The notes beneath the pieces were generated by a model that worked only from the letters and a program-made list of their open reading frames with translations, was not told where the DNA came from and did not search any database. Source: Octopus sinensis (lineage: Eukaryota). From it: DNA of 64,000 bases. Position 1 is the stretch's first letter, and each line of letters opens with the position of its first letter. The position numbers and the translations under genes were made by a program. The DNA lies in assembly GCF_006345805.1 (NCBI RefSeq), contig NC_043008.1:58032001-58096000 (forward strand). The letters run 5' to 3'. Positions 1 to 13,915 of this stretch are shown here, piece by piece.

Positions 1-2660
1 TGGTGTGATTATATCCCCGTAACTTTGTGGTTCGTCAAAAGAGACCAATTAAAACAAAGAATAAGCCTTGTGGTCGATTTCTTCGACTAAAACCCTTTAA
101 GATGGTACTGGGTTCAATTCCACTGATTGACACCTTGGGCAAGTTTCTTATACTGTAGCCTCAGGCTGACCAATGTCTTGAGTGGATTTGGTAGACGGAA
201 ACTGAAAGAAGCCTGTTGCATATGTATATGTGTGTGTATATGTATTTGTGTGTGTCTTTGTGTCTGTACTAGGCTTACAAAGAATAAGCCTTGTGGTCGA
301 TTTCTTCGACTAAAACACCTAAAACCCTATAAGATGGTGCCCAAACATGGCTGCAGTCAAATCTCTGAAACAAATAAAAGAATACAGATTGCTATGTGAA
401 GGCACATAGCTCAGTGGTTAGAGTGTCAGGCTCACAAACATGTGGTAGTGAGTTTGATTCCTTGACCGGGCTGTGTGTTGTGTTCTTGCGCAAGACACTT
501 TATCTCACATTTCTCCAGTTCACTCAGTTGTAGAAATGAATCGCCACATCACCGGTGCCAAACTATATCGGCTTTTGCCTTTCTCTTCAATAACATCAGT
601 GGTATGGAGAGAGGAGGCTGGTTTGCACGGGTGACAGCTGGTCTTTAACAAACAAACTTGCCTGGACTTGGGCCCCAGAGAGGAACTTTCTAGGTGCAAT
701 CCTATGGTCATTGATGTCCAAAGGTGGTCTTTATTTTTTTTACAGATTATATTGATGCTATAAATTATAAGAAATTTTTATCTTCTATACTTATGTATTC
801 TTCCTTTTTCTTTTCTCTTTTCCTTAATTTTCTTAAAATTATTCTATTTATTATTAGCTCATTAATTATATTCAAAAGTAACAAAAACCGTGAAAAATTT
901 CCCCGTTTGAATGTGGATTTGACCCTTCATGATATATTCGCTCCCCTTTTTCCATACGATTTTTTTCTATTAGGCATAGGAGTGGCTGTGTGGTAAGTAG
1001 CTTGCTTATGAACCACATGGTTCCGCATCCAGTCCCACTGTGTGGCACCTTGGACAAGTATCTTCTACTATAGCCTTGAGCCGACCAAAGCCTTGTGAGT
1101 GGATTTGGTTGATGGAAACTCAAAGAAGCCCGTCGTATATATGTATATATATATATATATATCATCATCATCATCATTTAGCGTCCGCTTTCCATGCTAG
1201 CATGGGTTGGACGGGTCAACTGGGGTCTGTGAAGCGGGAAGGCTTCGTCAGGCCCAGTCAGATCTGGCAGTGTTTCTACGGCTGGATGCCCTTCCTAACG
1301 CCAACCACTCCGAGAGTGTAGTGGGTGTTTTTTACGTGCCACCTGCACAGGTGCCAGACAGAGCTGGCAAACGGCCACGAACGGGTGGTGCTTTTACGTG
1401 TCACCGGCACGGGGCCAGGCGAGGCTGGCAACATATATGTATGTGTGTGTGTATATGTTTGTGTGTCTGTGTTTGTCCCCCACAACATCGCTTGACAAAC
1501 GATGCTGGTGTGTTTATGTCCCCGTAACTTAGCAGTTTGGCAAAAGAGACCTATAGAATAAGTACTAGGCTTACAAAGAATAAGTCCTGGGGTCGATTTG
1601 TTCGACTAAAGGCGGTGCTCCAGCATGGCCACAGTCAAATGACTGAAACAAGTAAAAGAGTAAAAGTGTAAAGAGTATTAGCTGTAATTTTCTTAACTTT
1701 TGATGTAGAAATTATTCTACTAATACCAATAATCGTTAATTTATTATTTTCACCTTCAATTATCTATAGCATAGATATCACAGGAAAAGCATATGGCTTA
1801 GTGGTTAGGGTGTTTCACTTGCAATTGTAGGATTGTGGTTTCGATTCCTGGAATGGGCAGTGCATTGAGTTCTTGGGTAAAACACTTCCTTTCACGTTGC
1901 CCCAGTCCATTCAGCTGTAAAATGAGTTCTAGAAATAATTTGGAAGTTCGTCTTGTAATGGACTGGCGTTTCATGCAAAGTGGGGTGTGAGTGTTGTGTT
2001 CTCAATTACTGCGTACCATTTGAGGTGGTGAGCTGGCAGAATTGTTAGCATGCTGGGCAAAATTCTTATTGACATTTTGTCCGTCTGCATGTTCTGAGTT
2101 CAAATTCCGTTGAAGTCGACTTTGCCTTTCATCCCTTTTGATGTTAATAAAATAAGTACCAGTTGACTACTGGGGTCGATGTGATCAATTTACCTCTCCC
2201 CCAAAATTGCTAGCCTTGTGCTAAAATTTGAATCCAATCACTTCTGAGCCATTGTAACTCAGTTAATGAATTTTCAATAATTTCATACATGTAGCTCATA
2301 TGCTGGGGAATTTCAAAGATATACATTGCTGCAATTTTTATAACTATTTGTTTCATAGCCATGTTTTAGTAGCTGTCATGTGGTAAGGAGATGCTGAAAT
2401 AGTTCCAAAGCGAGGGTTATTTGATGTTAAGTTCTGGCCCTTATGAGTCATGAGGGTTCATGAAACATCTGGGTCTGATTCTCAGGGCTACAATGGCCAA
2501 GATGGTAGGGTGTGAATTGAAGTGGATATGGTTGCTATTTCCAGCAGGTCAACCAACAACATGGAGACTCCTTCATCGGCTTACGAAGAATGGAGTTGTT
2601 AGGTTTTGGTAAATAGTGATATTGTGTATGTTATTGTGAGGTTGGTGAGTTATTTTCTTG

Positions 2661-3122
2661 TTAACCCTTTAGAATTCAGATTACCCTGTCAAATGTAATG
2701 CTTATTTATTCACATTGAAAGGCGGTGAGGTGTCAGAAACGTTAGCACGCTGGGCGAAATGCTTAACGGTATTTCGTCTGACGCTACATTCTGAGTTCAA
2801 ATTCTGCCAAGGTCGACTTTGCCTTTCATCCTTTCGGAGTTGATTAAATACGTACCAGTTACGCACTGGGGTCGATATAAATGACTTAATCCGTTTGTCT
2901 GTCCTTGTTTGTCCCTTCTGTGTGTAGCCCCTTGTGGGTTGTAAAGAAATAGGTATTTATTCACATTGACTCTTGTAGCCTTGATATTTTCAATGATGTG
3001 ACCATTTATTTTTAGAATGACATTGTAAAGGAAGCGTGAGAGACCAGATCTGGCCAGTTTGAAGATAAAACAGGGCTGAATATTTTGGCCGGATATGGTC
3101 AGTTTAAATGCTAAAGAGTTAA
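2661..3122 (+). mobile_element. TTAA-flanked piggyBac-type MITE containing a SINE B insertion (2718-2953)
   Basis: ttaaccctttagaattca...tttaaatgctaaagagttaa; the inserted SINE is flanked by a 15-bp TSD tatttattcacattg (2703-2717, 2954-2968). Confidence 0.75.
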
Positions 3123-5356
3123 ACAATGCTGTTGATGATGATGCTAATCCGAATGAGGAACCAAATTCAAGCTCTGCATCTCTTCCTTTGTTATTTATTA
3201 AATAAGAAATGCTATGTCAACCCTTTGTCATCATAACCATAGCCTGAATTGCTCTGTTTGTCAGTATATCTATTGTTGTAATTATTGTTGTTGTAGTTGC
3301 TATTGTTGTTTTAGTTGGTTTCATTGATGTAGTTTACATGATTAAAGGTATTTCAGTGACAACATTTAACAAGATTTACATTTGGTTATACGTCTCCTTG
3401 CTTCAGTGTCTTGTACCGTTTCAGTTTCTCAGTTCCATTTCAGTTTCTTGTATTTTCCGCTCCTTTTAGTCCCTTTTTATTCTACCATTTTAGTACCAGT
3501 GATATATTGGTGGTTGCAGTGTATGTTTTGTGTGCTACCATGCTGATCCTTCACTCTGGCATGACTATTGTTACTCAAAAATAATCATAACCTAATCCTT
3601 ATGGCAGACTTTCAGAATAACTGTTTCTACCACGTGGGGAGAGAAAAGAGCAAGGAATTGGGTGAGATTCTTTTTCCTTTTTTTTATAGTATTCTTAATT
3701 GCCTCCCTGCCTGTTGAACCTGTGCCCTTATCATTTCTTGCTTCTTGGGGCTTTTGCTCTGGCACCCCATCACTACCATTTTACCCATTTCCCAGATTCT
3801 CTCATCCACCCTTATATAAATGCAGGGTAGCTATATATCTTCTTTATAGCAAGACACCTCTACCCCTGCTTGTCTCTGCTTGTCCCTAGCATAAAATAAC
3901 CTCTTCAGTTTCTCAAATACTCCCCCGCCCCACATTTAATGAAGAGGGATTTTCTTGTTCCCTCTTATTCTCCCTTTCTTGTTCTTGCTTGTCTTGCAAG
4001 TTACCTGGCAACCCCACTAATGCTGGTGGTGTATTAAAAGTGCTTAATACACACTGTAAAGTGGTTTGCATTAGGGAGGACATCCAGATGTATAAAGCAT
4101 GTCAAAGCAAACATGAGGCACAATACAGCCCTGTGCCTCAATGAATCTGGTCAAACCATCCAACCCATGCCAACATGGAAAGCAGGCATTAAATGATGAT
4201 GATGATGACAACGACGACGATGACGATGATGATGATAATGATGATGATGAGGAGGAGGATAACCCAATGATTCATACAACAAGAATTATAATATGATTCT
4301 GTTAGAAAATTTTATTTTTACCAAAAAATTTCAAGTTTTATAAAAAAAATATTTTTGCCCCCACAATTCCTTGCTTCATGAGGTAGTGAAAGTTATTCCA
4401 AAAGTCAGCCATCTTTGTTTCTAGAATATGTAATATTAAAATTGATCGCAAATTACAACCAAATTATATCGTGATACTGCAAGAACGGAATTATTATGAA
4501 GAAAATCAATTTCAGTTAATGAAATTTCAATAAATTCATACATGTAGCTCATATGCTGAGGGATTTCAAGTGAGTTTTATATAATAAAAATATACTTTGC
4601 TGCAATTTTTATAACTATTTGTTTCATAGCCATGTTTTAGTAGCTGTCATGTGGTAAGGAGATGCTGAAATAGTTCAGTAGCGAGGGTTATTTGATGTTT
4701 GTGCTTGCATTTCATCTCATTTTTGGTATTTTTATTTTAGGAATTAAATAAATAAAATTTGCTAACCATAAGATGACTGAATATATTTTGGTGATTAAAA
4801 AATATGTCATTGATTTGTAAAAAAATCTTCAAATTTCTCATTTGCTTTTAGGGAGAACCCAGAGTAAATATAGTAACTAGCTCATCACTTAATTCATATA
4901 TACACACATATATATATATATGTATGTGTGTGTAATGTGTGTATTCTCTTTTCTCTCTCTTTTTCTCTTTTTACTTGTTTCAGTCATTTTGACTGTGGCC
5001 ATGCTGGTGCACTGCCTTTAATCGAGCAACTCGACCCCAGGACTTATTCTTTGTAAGCCCAGTACTTATTCTATCGGTCTCTTTTGCCGAACCACTAAGT
5101 AACGGGGACATAAACACACCAGCATCGGTTGTCAATCAATGCTAAGGGGACAAACACAGACACACAAACATACACGCACATATACACATATATACATATA
5201 TACGACGGGCTTCTTTCAGTTTCCGTCTACCAAATCCACTCACAAGGCTTTGGTCGGCCCGAGGCTATAGTAGAAGACACTTGCCCAAGGTGCCATGCAG
5301 TGGGACTGAACCCGGAACCATGTGGTTGGTAAGCAAGCTACTTACCACACAGCCTT

Positions 5357-5577
5357 TATTTAAAAGCAGCAGAAATATAACAAAAGATGTTACTCAGGGT
5401 TTCATGTTCCCGTACCAGCCCATAATCTGGCCTGATCTGACCTGCAATATCATTCTAAAAATAGACAAAGACACCATCAAAATCTCGAGGCTGTGTGACT
5501 ATACATGATAATTAAAACCAATGTGAATAAATAAGCATTACATTTGTCAGAATAATGTGAATGCTAAACACTTAAAG
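5357..5577 (-). mobile_element. Diverged copy of the 2661-3122 MITE family
   Basis: Contains caatgtgaataaataagcattacatttg and cattctaaaa, the reverse complement of the family body. Confidence 0.55.
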
Positions 5578-6267
5578 TGATCCAAATTAAAGTCTTCCAT
5601 CTTAATAATGATTTCAAATTTTTCCACAAGGGGAGCCATTTTGGAGGAGGGGATAAATCGATAACATTGACTCCAGTGTTTCACTGGTACTTAATTTATC
5701 AACCCTGAAAGGATGAAAGGCAAAGTCGACCTTGGTAAGAATTAGAACTCAGAATGTTGCAGCAGGTGAAATACTGCTAAGCATTTCTCCTGGCATGCCA
5801 ACAATTCTGCCAGCTTGCCGCCTTCCCTATTTCTTTACTATCCACAAGGGGCCTAAACACAGAGAGGACAAACAAGGACAGACAGACGGATTAAGTCGAT
5901 TATATCAACCCCAGTGCGTAACTGGTACTTATTTAATCGACCCCGAAAGGATGAAAGACACTGTCGACCTCGGCGGAATTTGAACTCAGAACGTAGTGGC
6001 AGACGAAATACCTATTTCTTTACTACCCACAAGGGGCTAAACACAGAGGAGACAAACAAGGACAGACAGACGGATTAAGTCAATTATATCGACCCCAGTG
6101 TGTAACTGGTACTTATTTAATCAACCCCGAAAGGATGAAAGACACTGTCAACCTCGGCGGAATTTGAACTCAGAACGTAGCGGCAGATGAAATACTGCTA
6201 AGCATTTCGCCCGGCGTGCTAATGTTTCTGCCAGCTCGCCGCCTTCCCTTCCATCTTAATAATGACA

Positions 6268-6365
6268 TGGTTATTTAACCAAATTCTTCATTATTTTTCA
6301 AAATTAATTGAAACAAAGATACAGTATTTCAAAAGAAATATGACAACAAAAGCGTTTAAGAGTTT
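6268..6365 (-). mobile_element. Diverged fragment related to the satellite-bearing MITE
   Basis: The reverse complement (..catatttcttttgaaatactgtatctttgtttcaattaattttgaaaataatgaagaatttggttaaataac) aligns by eye with the 62-bp unit plus the MITE body. Confidence 0.5.
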
Positions 6366-7289
6366 AAATATTTGATCTTAATCTATTTCCTATTTTCCAC
6401 AATATAACAAAACTATATGTTTATAAAGCATAAGTATGTGTCTTTATGAGCTCACAAAGGGAATATTTTCAAGAAATAAAGGTTGTTGCTACTTGTACAA
6501 TGACTCTCAACAAACCAACGCTATATAAAATTTTTGGTTTAAGCCTGTTTCTCTCTCTCTCTCTCTCTACCTCTTTTTTTTTCTTACTGTCAACATGTTT
6601 ATTTCAGTAGAACAATACATAATAAGATTTATTATTCTATACAATAAATAATCCATGGATCCAGAGTTCTTTGGAAGTGCTATAAATATTGACTAATGTT
6701 AACTTTGATATTTCTATCAGGATTTCTTTACTGTTGTTAATATTATTTTGAAACTTTTGTTCATATTTTATCTCACTTCCTCCTATCTCTCCCCCATACT
6801 GATATTTCCCATCAAATATACCTTTACCTGTGTTCATAACTCACTATGTTCTCATTTATCCCCATCTCTAAATATCTATTACTCTCCTCTAACACAGAAA
6901 ATTGTTCCTTCCCTAAACTCCACCTTTCATCCACTGCTCATATTCTCTCTTATACTCACCTTCTTGTACCTTGAGAGTTCGCCTCTGGTTCTTCTTTACA
7001 CTATATCTATCTTCTTTTCAGCTACCACCACCAACCCCTATATAAGGCAGGGTAGCCATGTATATCCTCTATTGCAAAAGACCCATGCTTATCCCCCTAA
7101 TAGCCCTTTGTCTCTTAACACCTGGCATAAAGCCACCGGCTGTTCTTGCAAAGTCAAGGGGACTTTTCCCTTTTCTTTTCTTGTCTTGTAAGTTACCTGG
7201 CAACCTCATTAGTGTCCTTGTCACAAAAAAATTACCCAATGCTGCTTAAGAATTGTCAACTAAATGTAGGGTGAATTTTCTTATAACGT

Positions 7290-8070
7290 TATCTTTGCCA
7301 TCTTCCACTCATTGGAAATAATATTTTTTTCCAACTGTTTAATAGTTTACTTTCCACATCTTTCACCATGTCACCAATTCTTGTTGCTACTGTACTATTT
7401 ACTGAGTGGAATTGATGCTATCTTGGCACTTTTACCCGGGCTAATTGCAGTATTCCAAACTCCATTTATAGCTGGTAAGAGAAGTGTTTCACCAATAGTA
7501 AGTAGTTTTCCACATTTCGCAATTAATTTTGAAAGTTTATAAGACATAACCACCTCTTTCTCTATTCACCTAGTTTGTCTGGTAAATAACCATTTGAGAG
7601 TAAGACAGTTTTTAAAATCATTTTCCATTTGGTGAAGGTAGTCTTCATCTTTTCTAAAGGTGGCAAGCTGGCAGAATCATTAGCATGCCGGGCGACATGC
7701 TCAGCGGTATTTCTTCTGCTGTTACGTTCTGAGTTCAAATTCTGCCGAGGTCGACTTTGCCTTTCATCCTTTCGAGGTCAGTAAATTAAGTACCAGTTAT
7801 GCACTGGGGTTGATATAATCGACTTAATTCGTCTCTCTGTCCTTGTTTGTCCTCTCTGTGTTTAGCCCCTTGCACCCGCAAAGAAATAGGTAGTCCTCAT
7901 CTTTTCTGGCTTATGTGGATGCATTTTTTGTAAATGTTCAATCATTCTTGAAAGCTTCATTGCCTCATTTGAGAATGTTTTTTCACATATTAAGCATAAT
8001 GGTAATTGCTCATTACTTATAGATGGAATAAATCCATATTTCAAATATATACTCAAGTATTGACGATATT
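7290..8070 (-). mobile_element. Degenerate hAT (Buster/Charlie-type) transposase relic, split by a SINE at 7656-7889
   Basis: The minus strand gives YLKYGFIPSISNEQLPLCLICEKTFSNEAMKLSRMIEHLQKMHP (BED-type Zn finger). Across the SINE it continues SYKLSKLIAKCGKLLTIGETLLLPAI...IASIPLS.NTVATRIGDMVKDVE, with stops and frameshifts. Confidence 0.85.
7656..7889 (+). mobile_element. SINE family B copy inserted in the hAT relic
   Basis: Full head-to-tail copy flanked by a ~19-bp TSD ggtagtc(t/c)tcatcttttct. Confidence 0.85.
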
Positions 8071-9603
8071 TTCTTTTTCCACTTATTCTAAATTTTTAAA
8101 AGGGTAACATACACAACAATTGTATATAATTATATCATTAAATAAAATATAAAGGATAGGGAACTTTCCTAATTTTCTCTCAAAATCCCAAGGAATTGTG
8201 AGGTTTTCTTTCTTTTTCTTTTTTTTTTTAAAGGAGAGGGTACTTGTTAGCTATTCACAGCCCCATTCTTGGCTCGATATATTCGCTGAACCCTGGTTTG
8301 ATGTACAAGCTGAACCCTTCTCATAAGCCCCAGAGAGACTCTTTGTGAACTGTCATCTCATTTCATACCATCACCTGGCCCAGGAAGGCTTCAGTGAATC
8401 CCACTCTGTTGCAATCATTCAAGTCAGGTTTCTGTCTGGTTTTGAATATCTCTTCCTCAACTCTTTCTTATCTGAATTTTGGAGGTCCTGAAAACTGTCA
8501 AAGGTAGAATACCCAGTCCTTCTCTGACTAACTGATAATAAAAGAATAACAATAAAATAAAATAAAACTAAAACTGTTCAGTATAGAAGGTCCTTTTGAC
8601 TTGAGAGACATAAGCAAGATGTTCAAGCTTATTAAAGCTCCAGCTGGGAACCGAAAAAGAGTTCTGTACTTAGCTGACAATCATGGCCAGTAGAAGCAGC
8701 AGCAGCAGCAGCACCACCACCACCACCACCACCACCACCACCACCACCACAACAACAACAACAACAACCATCACCACCACCACTGCCATCACTTCCTCCT
8801 CCTCCACCACCACCACCGCCACCACCATACCACCACTTCCAGCACCACTACCACACCACTAATATCACACCACCGCCACCACACCACTGCCGCTGCCGCC
8901 ACAATCAACTCCTCCATTGCCACAACTGCCGCCGCCACCGCTACCACCACCACCACCACCACCACCGCCACCACCATTTCATTTGTCTTTACATTCTGGG
9001 TTCAAATGCTGCCGGAGTTGACTTTGCCTTTCATCCATTAGGGGGTCAATAAAATAAGTACCAGTTGAGCACTGGGGTCGATTTGACTTATCCCCACCAC
9101 CACCACCACCACCACCACCACCACCACCACCCGAAATTGCTGGCCTTGTGCCAAAATTTGAAACCAATATTACCAAGTTGAAAAAATAAAACTGTAAAAA
9201 AGAAGAATTGATAGGGAAAGACTGAATAAATTATTGTTTCACTATAATAATTAATGAGATAATTATTACATAAATGTTAGTATATAAATTGATTAACTAA
9301 TCAATTTGTTAATCATTTGATGTAAGCTTTTTGTACTATGAAGCCAAACTTAGCCAACCCAAACACCAATTTCCTGGCAGTTCAGCCTTCTTCTTTTCTT
9401 TCTTTCTCTCTTTCTCTCTTTCTTTCTTTCTTCCCCCCTCTCCCCCTCTGTGCATTCTCCCCCTACTCTTCCTCAACCTCTCCCCTCTCATATCTTCTTA
9501 CATTCTTTTCTTTCATCCTTCTATTTTCTCTCCCTGTCTTTTATTCCCCTCTGAACTCTCACTTTTTTTCTGTCTTTCCATCTCACATCCTCTCCAATCT
9601 CTT

Positions 9604-9637
<34 letters not shown>

Positions 9638-9829
9638 TTCTCTCTGTCTCTTTCCCCTTTCAACCCTTTCCCATCCCCTCCACGCTCTCTCACCTGATCT
9701 ACTACTCTCCTGGTAAGTGGAATAATCATAACTGTTCAGAATTATTTAAAGAATTAGATCCCTAATGTTATTAGTCAATCACCTGATGAAAACCTGACAA
9801 CTACCTATACACTGTCTACCTGATCACAC

Positions 9830-9874
9830 ACACACACACATATATAAATGTGTGTATATGTGTATGTGTGTGTG

Positions 9875-9918
<44 letters not shown>

Positions 9919-10236
9919 TAGACAGACACATACACATATATATACAAATATGAATACACACACACACATGAAAGTGTGTATATGTGTATGTGTGTGTATA
10001 TATATATATACATCTCTCTCTCTCTCTCTCTCTTCCTGTATATATATATATATATAAATATATACACACACACATATATATACAAATATGAATACACACA
10101 CACACACACATATATACACACATACATACACTCTCACACACACATATATATTTCTCTCTCTTATCAGTGAGATGTGTATATATATGTACATACATGTGTG
10201 TGTATGTATATATATATATATATGTATGTATGTATG

Positions 10237-10291
<55 letters not shown>

Positions 10292-10614
10292 AATATAGAC
10301 AGACACATACACATATATATACAAATATGAATACACACACACACATGAAAGTGTGTATATGTGTATGTGTGTGTATATATATATATACATCTCTCTCTCT
10401 CTCTCTCTCTCTCTTCCTGTATATATATATATATATAAATATATACACACACATATATATACAAATATGAATACACACACACACACATATATACACACAT
10501 ACATACACTCTCACACACATATATATTTCTCTCTCTTATCAGTGAGATGTGTATATATATGTACATACATGTGTGTGTATGTATTATATATATATATATG
10601 TATGTATGTATGTA

Positions 10615-10660
<46 letters not shown>
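9830..10660. repeat. Compound TA/CA/CT microsatellite with a 376-bp tandem duplication
   Basis: Landmarks repeat at 9915/10291 and 10151/10527. Confidence 0.85.
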
Positions 10661-10661
<1 letters not shown>

Positions 10662-13489
10662 GAGAAATAGGTAGATACAAAAAAATGTGTGTATATATGT
10701 ATACATTTTATCTACCTGATCAATCAGCTGTATGACACCATCTCTCTGATCAATCAGTATTATATGACTCACCTATGTTATGTTTTAAGAACTGCTGTAC
10801 ATCCTATCAGTACCAACATAAACCACAAATGATATGTTCTGTTTTATTATATGCTATTTTACTCTTTTACTTGTTTCAGTCATTTGACTGTGGCCATGCT
10901 GGCACACTGCCTCTAGTCGAGCAAATCGACCCCAGGACTTATTCTTTGTAAGCCTAGTACTTATTTATTGGTCTCTTTTGCTGAATCGCTAAGTTACGGG
11001 AACATAAACACACACAAACACAGACACACAAACACACACATACACACACAGAGAGGCACACACACACACACACATATACATATATATGACAGGCTTCTTT
11101 CAGTTTCCGTCTACCAAATCCACTTACAAGGCTATGGTTGGCCCGAGTAGAAGACACTTGCCCAAGGTGCTACACAGTGGGACTGAACTCGGAACCATGT
11201 GGTTGGTAAGCAAGCTACTTACCACACAGCCACTCCTATGCCTATATGAAATACATGCCCTGATAATTTTATCAATATCAGTTTGCCTGAGATTGACCCA
11301 AAAGCCAATATTTAAGTATTCATATTTTGATATTACAGTTTCAACAAACCTCTCTTTGTTAAAATGATTGTTAACTTAAGATTTCAGCAGTAAAATTTCC
11401 ACCACAGGTTTACATATAGGCTCTGATGTAAGAAGTTCTTAATACCAGCCTAACATACATATAAATATTTGCCTTCTGTTAAGCAATGTTCCAGTCACCA
11501 GTATAATATGCCAATATGTTCTTTGTTAAGTCACATTCCAAACAACAGCTTTGCCAGTCCCGCCTTGACTGGCTTCCATGCCGGTGGCACGTAAAAAGCA
11601 CCAACCAATCGTGGCCGTTGCCAGCCTCGCCTGGCACCTGTGCTGGTGGCACGTAAAAAGCACCCACTATACTCACGGAGTGGTTGGCATTAGGAAGGGC
11701 ATCCAGCTGTAGAGCCTGGTGCAGCCTCCTGGCTTCCCAGACCCTGGCTGAACCATCCAACCCATACTAGCATGGAAAACGGACGTTAAACGATGATGAT
11801 GATGATATACAAGAAAGTGATATTTTTGAACACGGTATCGCCATTAAAACAACAGCAAAATTGGTTATTAATACTCTTACAAGGCGGAAAAACTTGTCAA
11901 CAAACAGCCATGTTATTGACAACTTTTTCCACCTTGTAAGGGTAATAATACCCAATTTTTCTGTTGTTTTAACAGTGATACTACATTAAAATATATCACT
12001 TTCTTGTCTGTATTGTACAATACACATTCGATGCGTCTAAAAAAAATACAAAACAAAATATATGTAAGTTAGTTTATATACACATTATTATATATATATA
12101 TATAGGCACAGACATGGCTGTGTTGTAAGTAGCTTGCTTACAAACGACATGGTTCCGGGTTCAGTTCCACTGTATGGCACCTTGGGTAAGTGTCTTCTAC
12201 TATTGCCTCGAGCCGACCAAAGCCTTGTGAGTGGATTTGGTAGACAGAAACTGAAAGAAGCCCATTGTATGTGTGTGTGTGTGTGTGCATATCTTTGTGT
12301 GTGTGTGTGTGTGCGTATGTTTGTGTGTGTGTGTGTATGTGTTTGTCCTCCCCCACCATCACCTGACAACCGATGTTGGTGTGTTTACGTTCCCGTAACT
12401 TAGCTGTTCGGCAAAAGTTACTGATAGAATAAATACTTGGTTTACAAAGAATAAGTCTAAAGGCAGTGCTCCTGCATGGTCACAGTCAAATGACTGAAAC
12501 AAATAAAAGAATATATATATATACATATATATTCATGGTATATGCTGAACAAAATTACAGTCATGGCAGATACCAGTGTCACATAAATGGCCCCCCTGCC
12601 AGTGGCACATAAAAGCTCCCATTACACTCTCGGAGTGGTTGGTGTTATGAAGGGCATCTAGCCATAGAAAACCATTCCAAATCAGACTAGAGATTGACGC
12701 AGCCTTCCAGTGTGCCAGCCCAGTCAAACTGTCCAACCGATGCCAGCATGGACAACACATGTTAAATGATGATGATGATAATTATGATGGGCTTCTTTTA
12801 GTTTCTGATTACCAAATCCACTCACGAGGCTATGGTTAGTCTTGGACCATAGTACAAGACACTTCCCCAAGGTGCCACACAGTAAGACTGAACCCTGAAA
12901 CCATGTGTTTGGGAAGGAAGCTTCTTAACCACATAGCCATACCTGCACCTCTTTTAAGTGCAGACAATTTAATATTTTATTCCCTCAACACTCTGTAACT
13001 CACTTTTAACATATTAAAAGACAAATTAAAAACTAAACAAAATATCAAACCATATTTTTGGACTTAAAATTGATTTTCTGAAGACTTTAAAGGATCACAG
13101 ATACAGAATTGTTCTCTGGAATTATTGAGGAACTCTTCATATTTGATTCTCTCTCTTCCTCTCTTTCTCTCTCTCTCTTTCTCACTTTTGGAAAACAGAA
13201 ACTTTAAGTGAAAGATGATACAAGGAAATACATTTTTATATCATGTTTTAATTTCTGTTTTTTTTTAAAGTTATCTCTTTTGAAATAGGATTTCAACATG
13301 TTTAACAAGAAAATTCCTCAAACCAAGATGAGAGACATTTTTCTGTTGTTTAAACATCATAACTTCTCTTTTTTTTCTTCTTTCTTCTTCTTACATTTGT
13401 GTTTCAGTAGCTTTTGTTAATACATTTTTCTCTCCCAGGAATCTGAGATATTTTATGTTTGTTTTGGCTGTTTGTTCATTCACTCATTC

Positions 13490-13512
13490 ATCATTGTCAT
13501 CATAATCACTAC

Positions 13513-13547
<35 letters not shown>

Positions 13548-13647
13548 CCATCACCATCACCATCATCATCATCATCATCATCATCACCATCACCATCACC
13601 ATCATCATCATCATCATCATCACCACCACCACCACCACCACCATCAC

Positions 13648-13691
<44 letters not shown>

Positions 13692-13915
13692 CCACCACCA
13701 TCACCACCATCACCATCACCATCACCATCATCATCATCATCATCATCATCATCACCATCACCATCATCATCATCACCATCACCACCATCACCATCACCAT
13801 CACCATCATCATCATCATCATCATCACCGTCACCATCACCATCACCACCACCACCACCACCACCACCACCATCATCATCGTCATCATCACCATCATCACC
13901 ATCATCACCATTGTA
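13490..13915. repeat. (CAT/CAC)n trinucleotide tract
   Basis: Direct inspection; source of the spurious poly-His, poly-Ile and poly-Asp ORFs. Confidence 0.95.

Noticed and set aside
4379-4400. let-7-like tgaggtagt
   Set aside because: Only the first 9 nt match, the remainder diverges, and no hairpin partner was seen.
6637-6837. Minus-strand ORF with an LTLVNIYS motif resembling a LINE APE endonuclease
   Set aside because: A single short motif in AT-rich DNA; too weak to call without a search.
9805-10772. Long ORFs (up to 253 aa) rich in YI/VC/HT
   Set aside because: Translations of TA/CA/GT microsatellites; no domain.
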